Below, in pieces: positions 9,065 to 19,473 of a stretch of 64,000 nucleotides of DNA. The stretch's first letter is position 1. The number at the start of each line of letters is the position of its first letter. Source of the stretch: an uncultured Spirochaetota bacterium (lineage in GTDB: Bacteria; Spirochaetota; Brevinematia; Brevinematales; JAOACQ01); assembly GCA_963783575.1 (NCBI GenBank), contig CAWAOD010000014.1:160001-224000 (forward strand). The letters are read 5' to 3'. Below the pieces are notes generated by a model. The model was given only the letters and a program-made list of their open reading frames with translations. It searched no databases and was not told the origin of the DNA. Position numbers and translations under genes: made by a program.

Positions 9065-11507
9065 ATGAAAATTTGGTTTATAATTATTGTGGTTGTTATG
9101 ATTAGAATTCCGGCTTTAACATTTGCTGAGTCTTTAAAAGACCGCTTATTCGGTGCGGCTTCGTCCGGGAACGCCTATATGATTCAGGTATTGATCAAGG
9201 AAGGTGCTGATGTTAATGCCAAGAAGGATAACGGCTGGACGGCCTTGATGGAGGCGGCGTACAAGGGGAATGTCGACGTGATGAAGGTATTGATGGAAGC
9301 AAAGGCCGATGTCAACGCTAAGAGGAATGACGGCTGGACGGCCTTGATGGAGGCGGCGTACAAGGGGAATGTCGAAGCGATGAAGGTATTGATAGAAGCA
9401 AGGGCCGATGTCAATGCTAAAAGGATTAATGACGGCTGGACAGCCTTGATGGCGGCAGCGGACAAGGGGAATGTCGAAGCGATGAAGGTATTGATAGAAG
9501 CAAAGGCCGATATCAATGCTAAAAGGATTAATGACGGAATGACGGCCTTGATGGCTGTGACTGAAAGCGGGAATGTTGATGGAATTAAGGCATTGATAGA
9601 AGCAAAGGCCGATGTCAATGCTAAAAGGATTAATGACGGCTATACGGCCTTGATAGCGGCGGCCTCGCGAGGGAATGTCGATGCGTTGAAGGTATTGATA
9701 GAATCAGGGGCTGATGTAAATTCCGGAAATAATAACGGCGTGACAGCTTTAATGTGGGCAGCAGGAATGGGCAAAAACGACATAGTCGCGTCATTGATCA
9801 CTAAAGCCGATGTCAACATAACGGATAAAGACAACAGTACCGCCTTAATGTGGGCGGAAGAAAATTATCAAACTACGGCTGTTGAACTGCTGAAAAAGGC
9901 GGGCGCAAAATATTATTCTTTACCGAAATATATTTCTAAAGCAAAACCGGGGCTGAATTCAAAAAAGGATACTAACGACTACTTTCCAGGAGATGCCTGG
10001 CGGACATCCACTCCCGAAGCGCAGGGAATGGATTCTGAATATCTTATAAATATGCTTAATTATATTATTTCAAATAATGTAAATATTCATAGCATAGTAA
10101 TTATCCGGCACGGATACGTTGTAATGGAAGCTTATAGAGAACTCTTCGGAAAGGACGATATCCATATACTTGAATCATGTAGCTAAAAGTGTGACTTCCG
10201 CCCTGGTAGGCATCGCCATAAAAGAGGGCTATATTAAAAGCGTGAATCAGAAGGTTGTTCCGATCTTTACCGGCCAGGAAATAAAAAATCTTGATGAAAA
10301 TAAGCAGTCGGTAACGATTAAACACTTGCTGACTATGAGTTCGGGGATCAGCCAGCAAGGTAGTGTTTTTATGCCGCAGGAATATTTAAATTCAGGTAAC
10401 TGGAACATGTATTACCTCAATCAGCCGATGGTCGCGGAACCGGATAAATTATACGCTTATGATAACGCGGATGTTAACCTCCTTATGTTGATTCTGCATA
10501 AAACCAGCGGAATGAAAAATTCTGATTTTGCCGAAAATTTTCTTTTCAAGCCAATCGGCATAACCAATTACTACTGGCAGACAGATCCCCAGGGAGATTA
10601 TGACGGCGGAGGAGGACTGGCTATAACCCCAATGGAAATGGCCAGGTTCGGGTATCTTTATTTGAAAAAAGGCAATTGGCAGGGCAAACAAGTAATACCC
10701 GCCGATTGGGTCGAAGCATCATTGTCCGATCAAATCAAACCACCGGCCTGGCTTTCAAAGGACAAGGGGTATGGTTACCTCTGGTGGGAGCTGCAATTCG
10801 GCGGTTTTACAGCAAGCGGGCACGGCGGCCAGCATATATTGGTCATGCCCGAAAAAGACATGATAGTCGTTATAACTGCCGGACTTATCGATGAATATAA
10901 TAATTGGAGAGTCGAGGAATATTTGACTAAAGAATGCATAAATAAATCCATTATCTCCGGCGGCAGTATCCAGGAAAATCCTGTTAAACAGGAGGAGTTG
11001 AATTCTTCAATCCGGGATTTAGGAAACCCACCGGCAATAACAAAAGTTATTATACCAGAAACGGCGTACAAAATCTCAGGCAAGAAATATATCATAGATC
11101 AAAATCTTTTAAAAACCGTTTACTCTATAAATTTAAAATCCGTCATCTTAAGCTTTAACAGGACCGGTGAAAGCATTTTCGAAAGCGATTGGCTGGATAA
11201 TAATTTAAATATTTTCGACAGTTATTCGCCGAATAATAAGACGTCTCATAATATAAAAATGTCTGTAGGATTAGACGGTAAATATCGGGAAAGCGGATTT
11301 AATCCTCACAATGATTTGCATAAAAAACAATTTGTTCGCGGTAAATGGATAAATGAAAACACTTTTGTCGTAGAATTTTATTGGCCATGGAAGGTGGAAA
11401 GTAAAATTCAATTTACATTTCAATATAATGATGACAAAGTTAAAATAACAACGGAAGCGATGTCCGGAGATTTGCTGCAGGAATTTATAGGAATAATGGA
11501 AAAATAG
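9065..11507 (+). CDS. Secreted ankyrin-repeat / serine hydrolase fusion protein; apparent +1 frameshift at about 10180
   Basis: Signal peptide, about 7-8 ankyrin repeats, then YFPGDAWRTSTPEAQGMDS (as in the 7458 gene). Removing one base in tcatgtagctaaaagt restores S-C-(T/A)-K-S-V-T-S and joins ORF 10170-11507 (HLLTMSSG, YDN, ASGHGGQ). Confidence 0.85.
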
Positions 11508-11578
11508 TAAAAAGGCAGGCCGGTGCTTAATAAAATATATTTATGAGATTTTATACTTAATTTTATAGGAGAATTGTT

Positions 11579-12163
11579 ATGGAAATAGATAAAGCATATG
11601 AGGATTTAGCTTTTATAAAACAGATGATTAATGCAAGCAGGAAGAAATTCGAAAATAACGGTGTGCATTACATTATTATCGGCACCTTGTTTGTCGCAGC
11701 GACAGCGTTGACATATTTATTTATTGACCTTAGGATGTACAATCTAATTACACCTATATGGATAATATTTATTCTCTCATTAGTTGCTTTACATATCTGG
11801 AGAAGGTTGAAGTCAGTTAAATCGCCTACTTCGCCAACGTTCGGAGAAATAATTTATAATAACTTATTAATGTCCATTACTGCAGTAATAATTATTCTAT
11901 ATGTAATTACCATCGTACACAGGCTTGGTTCGTCAATATTCCTGGGCATAATGTCTATTGTTCTAGGACTAGGGTACTATGTATCGGGAGTAATAATGCA
12001 GTCAGGGTGGATGAAGGCACTTTCTTTCGGTTGGGCCGTGGGGGGAATTGTGATTTTCTTTTTACCCGATTATATAACCCTGCTTTTTATGGCCATTATT
12101 ACTATTCTTTTTGAACTCATCCCGGGTATTATCATGTACGCGACATCAAAAAAGGGACAATAA
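11579..12163 (+). CDS. Multi-pass membrane protein (about 6 TM) paired with the downstream regulator
   Basis: N-terminal EDLAFIKQMI followed by hydrophobic helices; RBS AGGAG. Confidence 0.7.
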   Translation: MEIDKAYEDLAFIKQMINASRKKFENNGVHYIIIGTLFVAATALTYLFIDLRMYNLITPIWIIFILSLVALHIWRRLKSVKSPTSPTFGEIIYNNLLMSITAVIIILYVITIVHRLGSSIFLGIMSIVLGLGYYVSGVIMQSGWMKALSFGWAVGGIVIFFLPDYITLLFMAIITILFELIPGIIMYATSKKGQ

Positions 12164-12166
12164 TAT

Positions 12167-12466
12167 ATGCCTGATTATGATTATAAAAAGCTTGATAATG
12201 TACTTCATTCTCGAATCAGGCTTGCTATAGTTTCTGTTATGATAGGAGCCGGTGAGATTGAATTCACAGCTTTGAGGGACGCTGTTGGGGCTACTGACGG
12301 AAACATGAACACTCATTTGAAAAGACTGGAAGAAGAGGACTACATATCCGTCGAGAAAAAGTTTATAAACAGGAAACCAACAACAATTTACCGTCTTACT
12401 AAAAAAGGAATAGGTAACTTTGAGGAATACATAAAAGAACTTGAAAAGTTCATAAAGAAAAATTAG
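12167..12466 (+). CDS. Winged-helix transcriptional regulator (ArsR/MarR-like, HTH_34 type)
   Basis: LDNVLHSRIRLAIVS, TDGNMNTHLKRLEE, KPTTIYRLTKKG. Confidence 0.9.
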   Translation: MPDYDYKKLDNVLHSRIRLAIVSVMIGAGEIEFTALRDAVGATDGNMNTHLKRLEEEDYISVEKKFINRKPTTIYRLTKKGIGNFEEYIKELEKFIKKN

Positions 12467-12709
12467 TCATTGATAAATACTTGCGATGAAGTCACTCAAA
12501 AAACTGCCGTAAAACACATGGGCCATATACTAAATCACTATATGCCTCATAATATGGTTATTGCTGATCCAGAGAATACAATTTCTAGCCAATCCAACCA
12601 ATTTAACCAAAGAATTTCAGTATAAAATACGAAAAATATAGAATTACATGAACAAGAATTTTCAGCAATAATCATGTATCTAATTGTTATATATAGAATT
12701 ATATAGTTT

Positions 12710-12795
12710 CGGAGAGAGGGGGATTCGAACCCCCGGTACATTGCTGTACACGCGCCTTCCAAGCGCGCTCCTTTAAACCACTCGGACATCTCTCC
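12710..12795 (-). tRNA. tRNA-Ser(GGA)
   Basis: Reverse complement GGAGAGATGTCCGAGTGG..CGCGC-TTGGAAG-GCGCG, long variable arm, GGTTCGAATCC, CTCTCCG; no encoded CCA. Confidence 0.97.
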
Positions 12796-13138
12796 TTAAT
12801 TATGTTGGATGACTCCATTATGGATTCATCCAACATAATACGGCTGCAGTTTTTTATTAGAAAAGTACTGGGGCGTAAAAAACCGCAAGTTTAAATTTTA
12901 ATATAGGAAGTTTTATGCCTAAATAGACATGTATTTTAATGGAAATATGTCAAAATTGCAATTTTCATGGGAAAATAAAGGTTATAAAAAATCAATGATA
13001 AGTTTATATCATTTTATATTCTAAAATAAAAGAATGATTTTGTGTGAGAATTTCTATTACTAAATTATATACTCTGATAAACTTTACAGATTCCTTAATT
13101 ATGTTTAAAATTTTATATGTTATCAAAGGGGAGATTTT

Positions 13139-14068
13139 ATGACAAGTGAAAATTTCATTTTTATTGATCCGGAAGGATATGAAATTTTTACTTATAAATG
13201 GCTTCCTGATAATGTTTTAAATATTAAAGGAGTGGTGCAAATTGCTCATGGAATGGCTGAGCATGCCGGCCGCTATGAAAGATTTGCAAAAATTTTAACA
13301 GAAGCCGGATATTCGGTATATGCTAACGATCATAGGGGAAATGGAAAAACTGCTAAAACACTTGAAAATGTGGGCATCGCAGGTGATAAAGAAGGCTTTC
13401 GGTGGATGATAAAGAATATGTATCAATTAACGGAAATTATTAAGAAAGAAAATAAAGGTCTTCCTGTTTTCATTTTAGGGCACAGTATGGGTTCATTATT
13501 ACTACAGGGTTATCTTTCACTGTATGGAAATGAGATAAACGGGGCTATACTGTCAAGTACAGCAGGAAAAGCGGGACCGGTTATTAATTTGGGAATTTTG
13601 CTGGCAAAAAACGAGATAAAGAAAGCAGGTAGAAATAATAAAAGTCCCAAACTTAGTCGGTTATCTTTCGGGTCTTACAATAAAGCTTTCAAACCTAACA
13701 GGACAAAATTTGACTGGCTCTCACGCGATGAAAAAGAAGTGGATAAGTATATACAGGATCAGTTTTGCGGCGGGACCTTTACATCGGGTTTTTTTTATGA
13801 TTTGACTAGGGGAATTAAGTGGCTTCATCAAAAGACCACAATGGATGGAATTCCAAAAAATCTGCCTATTTACCTGTTTTCCGGCGATAAAGATCCTCTA
13901 GGCCATCAAACTAAAAGTGTTTATCAATTGATCGGGATGTATCGAAAATTGGGGATTAATAATTTATCATTTAAATTTTATAAGAATGGTAGGCACGAAA
14001 GTCTTAATGAAATTAACAGGGATGAAGTAATGGCCGATGTTGTAAACTGGCTGGATCGGCAAAAATAA
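13139..14068 (+). CDS. Alpha/beta hydrolase, lysophospholipase / monoacylglycerol lipase family
   Basis: QIAHGMAEHAGRY, DHRG, GHSMG, GDKDP, GRHESLNE. Confidence 0.92.
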   Translation: MTSENFIFIDPEGYEIFTYKWLPDNVLNIKGVVQIAHGMAEHAGRYERFAKILTEAGYSVYANDHRGNGKTAKTLENVGIAGDKEGFRWMIKNMYQLTEIIKKENKGLPVFILGHSMGSLLLQGYLSLYGNEINGAILSSTAGKAGPVINLGILLAKNEIKKAGRNNKSPKLSRLSFGSYNKAFKPNRTKFDWLSRDEKEVDKYIQDQFCGGTFTSGFFYDLTRGIKWLHQKTTMDGIPKNLPIYLFSGDKDPLGHQTKSVYQLIGMYRKLGINNLSFKFYKNGRHESLNEINRDEVMADVVNWLDRQK

Positions 14069-14081
14069 AATCAGTTATTTA

Positions 14082-14990
14082 ATGAGGATTAATGTGCGTT
14101 ATGTAATTATTTCAGGCTTTATATTATTTTTTGTTTCCTGCAGTAAATTTAATATTGAAGAGAAAATTAATACGAATATGAGCAGTAATGGTACTTTTCG
14201 TGAAATCACAATTAATGAAATTAAAACAAAGAAGATATTAATTGATATTATGTATTCCGGAGAACAAGCCGGATTTAAAGACTTTCCGCAGCTTCTCAAT
14301 AATTTTGTACAAAGGTTTTCAATTTATAACGAAATAAAGAGTTCAAATACAGGTATTTTAAAAATTGAATTCAATGGTAATATTTACCGGCTTTTTTATC
14401 AATTAGGACTTTTTTTTCTTTCTGATATGAAAAATGATTTGATTAAATATGGTATAATTCAAATGGAGTGGAATGATTTATTACTAAAAAATAATAATCA
14501 ATTTTTGGGACCAGAAAAATATAATTTGATACGGATCAGCGATTTTTCTGATTTAATGAATAAATATGGGCTTAACAATAATGATTTGCTTGAAGTCTAT
14601 CCTTATACAGTCAAATACTTGCTTAACCAGATTTTGTTTATTTCACCTCAGGAGATTTTGTCACGTCCCGCACGTTATTTGACCGAGAATGAATTGGAAA
14701 ATATATTTTGTCAGGTTGTCATTTTACCGGAAGTAACTGAGTTTACTGCTTATATTAAAAATAAATTCGGTATTAACAGATTATTAATGCTCTCAGAAAG
14801 CGAATTCACAATAAAAAACTGGAAATCAATTTCAGGTGAAGAAATGAGTGATACCGAAGGCGGATTTGCAAAAAATATTGAGAATAAGAATTTTCAAGGA
14901 ATATTTCTTGATAAAGGTTTTACAGGCAGTCTGGACAGGAATCTGGAACTTTATAATAAAATAACCAAACCAACATTATTCAAAAAATGA
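14082..14990 (+). CDS. Hypothetical lipoprotein
   Basis: Long ORF; signal with FVSC lipobox; no recognised domain. Confidence 0.6.
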   Translation: MRINVRYVIISGFILFFVSCSKFNIEEKINTNMSSNGTFREITINEIKTKKILIDIMYSGEQAGFKDFPQLLNNFVQRFSIYNEIKSSNTGILKIEFNGNIYRLFYQLGLFFLSDMKNDLIKYGIIQMEWNDLLLKNNNQFLGPEKYNLIRISDFSDLMNKYGLNNNDLLEVYPYTVKYLLNQILFISPQEILSRPARYLTENELENIFCQVVILPEVTEFTAYIKNKFGINRLLMLSESEFTIKNWKSISGEEMSDTEGGFAKNIENKNFQGIFLDKGFTGSLDRNLELYNKITKPTLFKK

Positions 14991-15013
14991 AGCAGTATTT
15001 GAGGAGGATATGA

Positions 15014-16024
15014 ATGATTGAAACAAAATCTTTAGGCAGGATAATGATTATTATTTTAATTGTTTGTGCTATTTTAAGCTGTTATATGATTGTTGTAATG
15101 TCGATCAATGCAAAGAATAAAGATAAATCATCACTCGCCGATTTAAAAAACTTTTGGGTTAATAAAGCTGCGGCATATCCGAAAGATACCATTGCCGTTT
15201 TGAATATATTTACTCCGATTATTTATAATGATGACACTGACTATTTTGGTATAAGAAGGAGTGGAGCTATTTACTGGGTAAATATGCTTAAATCAGTAGA
15301 ATCCAATCCCAATATTCATGCTGTAATACTAAGGATTAATTCACCGGGCGGAACTGTTGCTGCAACACAGGAAGTTTATAATGAAATCAAAAGATTAAGG
15401 GAAAAGGGAAAGCTTGTTACGGTATCTATGGGTGATTTGGCAGCTTCAGGGGCTTATTATATATCAAGCAGTGCCGATTATATAGTCGCAAATCCCGGTA
15501 CTCTTACCGGCAGCATAGGTGTGATTATTGAAGGACTTGATCTCAGTGATTTGTTTAAAAAAATTGGGATTACTTATAATGTTATTAAAAGCGGTAAAAA
15601 TAAAGATATTCTGTCAAGCTACAGGAAAATGACACCGGAAGAGTATAATTTATTAAAAGACGTAATAATGGATACTTACGATCAATTTTTTAATGCCGTA
15701 TCGGAAGGCAGAAAGATCAAACCCGACGAATTAAAGACTATAGCCGACGGAAGAATATTCTCGGGTAGACAGGCTTTGAAAGTAAAATTAATCGATGAAT
15801 TGGGAGATTTTGAAGATACGGTAAAAATAACGGCAAAAATGGCCGGTATCATCGGGGAGCCAAATGTAATAGAGCTGAAACCGGATGTTGAAAATATATT
15901 CAAATACTTAACATCAAATTTCGAAGGATTCCTTTCTGCAAAGAATAATCTGAAACTTATCAACAGTCCGTTTGATTCGCTGAAAGATAATAATTCGCCG
16001 GTTCTTTATTTCTATAATTATTAA
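15014..16024 (+). CDS. sppA: Signal peptide peptidase SppA (S49, 36K type)
   Basis: [42 protein letters not shown]. Confidence 0.95.
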   Translation: MIETKSLGRIMIIILIVCAILSCYMIVVMSINAKNKDKSSLADLKNFWVNKAAAYPKDTIAVLNIFTPIIYNDDTDYFGIRRSGAIYWVNMLKSVESNPNIHAVILRINSPGGTVAATQEVYNEIKRLREKGKLVTVSMGDLAASGAYYISSSADYIVANPGTLTGSIGVIIEGLDLSDLFKKIGITYNVIKSGKNKDILSSYRKMTPEEYNLLKDVIMDTYDQFFNAVSEGRKIKPDELKTIADGRIFSGRQALKVKLIDELGDFEDTVKITAKMAGIIGEPNVIELKPDVENIFKYLTSNFEGFLSAKNNLKLINSPFDSLKDNNSPVLYFYNY

Positions 16025-16035
16025 AGGGGGAAACA

Positions 16036-16745
16036 ATGGATTTTTCTGAATTTATCCTGGTTTCTTCCGGGATTTTCATCAAACCATTTCAGACATTACA
16101 GAAAATATATGAACAGTTTCTAACCGAAACCAGGCTGAAAATTGTTTTAAACTGCTTTTTAGTGTCAATGATCGGCAATATGAGCCTTATAATATCGAAC
16201 ATGATTTCAAGCAAAAGCGGGATTTATTCAAGTGTTCCATTTTTAACTTTTCATATCTTTTTTTCGCTATTGATTTATTATATTTTAAATTTTATATTGA
16301 TATCCTTATACTTTTTGATGACATCAATAATAATTAACAAAAAAAATACAGGGTACAATACAATTGAAAATACTGGAAATGGGTCTGATCTACAAACGAC
16401 AGTTTTGCAGCCGCTCGAAACATGGAGTATTTTTCAACTGATAAATTTTCCTGGGACAAATTAACCGGATTATATCTGTTCTCGGATTATTTATTTTTGA
16501 TTCTATTCCCGATTTCCATACTATCGGGAGTATTTTTACCGGATCTTGATTTCTTGTATTATCTTATAACCCTGGTTGTTATGATAATTGTGATATTGCT
16601 TAAAATAAGGGCTATATCAATAATAGCTTCAATTAGTAAATCAAAAGCCTTCTTTTTATTTGTAATGCCATTTATCTCGATTTTAATTTTTATTATATTT
16701 TTTATTGTTTATTCGGTATTTTTAATTTTCCGTTTTTTGGCATAG
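16036..16745 (+). CDS. Yip1-like multi-pass membrane protein, split by an apparent frameshift near 16430
   Basis: Overlapping hydrophobic ORFs 16036-16464 and 16422-16745; N-terminal IFIKPFQT pattern; T-run at the junction. Confidence 0.5.
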
Positions 16746-16763
16746 AGTGTTATAGGGGCTTTT

Positions 16764-18111
16764 GTGTTTAGATCTGCTTTAAGATGGATTAAGTTCTCTT
16801 TTATATCAGAAATTGATATATATATTTATAAAGAAATTATACCAAATTATTTTTTCGGTTTGATATTTTTCACATTCATATTATTACTTAACCAGCTGTT
16901 TTATATAGTTAAATTATACATTGAATATAATGTTCCCATCAACCAGGTATTCATTCTTTTGTTCAACCTGATTCCTTTACTTCTTTCAATGACCATACCA
17001 ATAGGTATTCTTCCTGCATATTTATTATCAATGGGGAGGTTTTCACAGGATAGTGAAATTATTGCTATGAAATCCTGCGGTATTTCAACATTCAGAATTT
17101 TCAGCCCGGGAATAATTTTTGGTTTTCTGATAAGTATTGCCGCATTTTTTTTTACAGATAAAGTTGTTGTGACTGCAAATTTGAATTATCTAAAACTGAA
17201 TGCTAAAATTATGGCTCAGAAACCGGCAGTCGAGTTAAAGGAAAAAGCTTTCATTGAAATCGGCGGATATAAAATAAGTTTCGATAATTTTAAACTGGAA
17301 AATAATAAGGATGTTTTATATAATATCCATATGGTTGATCTTAATGAAAGGAGAGTAATTAATGCTGAAAAAGGGAGATTGTATTCGGATCCAGAAAATT
17401 CTGGACATTATATTTTGAAGTTCATGAACGGTAACATTTCTGAGGTAATGAAATATAAATCGGCAAATAACTCAATTGTCGATAAGTTTTTTATTTCTTC
17501 CTTCCGTTATATATCTATCCACACTTTTGTCAGTGTTCCTCCGGAATATTACAATAAGAACCCGGATACCATGACAATACGGGAGTTAAAGAGCGATTTA
17601 CTTCTGTAAATCGAAAACCTCGGTTGAGAGGATTGATGTTTTTTTAAAAGATAAAGACAGGATGAAAAAAGATATTAATTTATTAAGGGAAGAGATGAAA
17701 AAACAATCTGTTAATATTTCTAAGGAAGAAATTTTCAGAAAAATTACCGAACTTGAAAAAAAGGTCAACTCGATAAAAGCGGAAATCAATAATGTTGATA
17801 AAAGTATTTCCAATTATAGAAAGAACTTGCCGAATTATTATATTATGAAATATTATGAAAAATTTGCCCTGCCGTTTTCCTCCCTGGTTTTTGCCATAAT
17901 GAGTCTTTCTCTGGGAATTTATATGGTAAGGAGCGGAAGGAATGAAGGTCTTGGTATAAGCATTATCATAATGCTTCTTTTTTTCGGTTTGAAATACGGA
18001 ACAGAAAACCTGATAATGAAAGGAACTTTACCACCTTTTTTTGAATGGGTTTATGATCTGATTTTCCTGGCTTCAGGGTTAACCATGCTAATTATTAAAA
18101 TAAGAGATTAA
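16764..18111 (+). CDS. LptF/LptG (YjgP/YjgQ) permease, LptF-like copy 1, apparent frameshift near 17605
   Basis: GRFSQDSEIIAMKSCGIS and KFALPFSSLVF; colinear with 18119-19459 over both ORF halves. Confidence 0.85.
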
Positions 18112-18118
18112 TGTGATA

Positions 18119-19459
18119 ATGAAATTTTTAAAAATGATAAAAATCGATTTTTTCTCAACAATCGATATTTATTTTTATAAAGAATTGATTCCAAACTATT
18201 TGTTCGGGCTGCTATTTTTTACATTTATTAATATGCTTAATGAGTTGTATTATCTTATTAAATTTTATATTGATTATAATGTTCCCATTGATCAGGTTTT
18301 TTTACTTGCGGCTAACCTGGTACCTTTTTTATTGTCCTATACAATACCGATCGGCATTCTGCCTGCTTATCTACTATCAATGGGAAGGCTTTCACTGGAT
18401 AGTGAAATCACCGCAATGAAATCATGCGGTATTTCAACATTGAGGATATTCCGCCCCGGAATTTGTTTCGGTATTATTATTAGCATTTTAGCTATTTTGT
18501 TTACAGATAATGTTGTAGTTCCTTCAAATATCACTTACTTAAAACTCAGGGCAAGGATTATGGCACAAAAACCTGCTGTTGAACTTAAAGAACAGGCGTT
18601 TGTCGAGATGGGCGGTTATAAGATCAGCTTTGAAAAGATAAAGATGGAAAACAATCTGGAAGTGCTATATAATATTCATGTGGTGGATTTAAACGGAAGA
18701 AGGACAATTGAGGCTGAAAAGGGTCGATTATATACAGATCCTGAAAATTCCGGGCATTATATTTTAAAATTTATGAACGGTAGCATATCTGAGGTTATGA
18801 AGAGTAATGCTAAAGAAGGCAAAACGGAAGAAAAATTTTTCATATCATCCTTCAGGTATTTATCCATACATTCCTTCGTTAGTTTACCGAGCGAATATTA
18901 TACAAAAGGCCCGGATACAATGACATTAAAAGAATTAACCGAAGATGTAAGAATAAAATCACTAACTTCGGTAGAAAAAATTGATAGTTATATGAAGGAT
19001 AAAGAGAGATTATTAAGAGATATTAACAGTGTCCGGAATGATCTGAAAATTAATGCAGTTAAACTCAATAAAGAAGAATTATTAAGGATTTCAAGGGATT
19101 TTGAGAATAAAATAAAATCCTATAAGACAGAAATAAACTCCCTGGACAAAAATATTTCAAATTACAGACATAATTTTCCCAATTATGACATTATGAAATA
19201 TTATGAAAAATATGCTCTTCCAATATCATCTTTAATTTTTGCACTGATCAGTTTATCAATAGGAATGTATACGGCAAGAAGCGGAAGGAATGAAGGGTTG
19301 GGAATCAGTATTGTAATCTGGTTATTATATATGGGAATCAAACTTGGTACGGAAAATTTAATATTAAAGGGTGTTGTTCTGCCTGTATTTGAATGGTTTT
19401 CGGATTTCTTTTTTCTTACGATAGCTATTGTATTAATGATTCAAAAAATCAGGGAATAA
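18119..19459 (+). CDS. lptF: LptF/LptG permease, LptF-like copy 2
   Basis: GRLSLDSEITAMKSCGIS, KYALPISSLIF; 3 TM + periplasmic domain + 3 TM. Confidence 0.85.
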   Translation: MKFLKMIKIDFFSTIDIYFYKELIPNYLFGLLFFTFINMLNELYYLIKFYIDYNVPIDQVFLLAANLVPFLLSYTIPIGILPAYLLSMGRLSLDSEITAMKSCGISTLRIFRPGICFGIIISILAILFTDNVVVPSNITYLKLRARIMAQKPAVELKEQAFVEMGGYKISFEKIKMENNLEVLYNIHVVDLNGRRTIEAEKGRLYTDPENSGHYILKFMNGSISEVMKSNAKEGKTEEKFFISSFRYLSIHSFVSLPSEYYTKGPDTMTLKELTEDVRIKSLTSVEKIDSYMKDKERLLRDINSVRNDLKINAVKLNKEELLRISRDFENKIKSYKTEINSLDKNISNYRHNFPNYDIMKYYEKYALPISSLIFALISLSIGMYTARSGRNEGLGISIVIWLLYMGIKLGTENLILKGVVLPVFEWFSDFFFLTIAIVLMIQKIRE

Positions 19460-19473
19460 AAGGTATTGTTTTT

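Noticed and set aside
4925..9834. Repetitive antisense ORFs (4925-5218, 9184-9618, 9640-9834)
   Set aside because: Shadows of ankyrin codon patterns on the opposite strand.
4743..9900. CRISPR-like periodic repeats
   Set aside because: The repeats are in-frame 99-114-bp ankyrin units with no unique spacers, and no cas genes are present.
500..12500. Integron cassette array
   Set aside because: Genes are co-directional, but I found no recurring attC-like RYYYAAC..GTTRRRY hairpins and no integrase in the window.
12547..12789. 80-aa minus-strand ORF
   Set aside because: It is a translation of tRNA-Ser and its AT-rich trailer.
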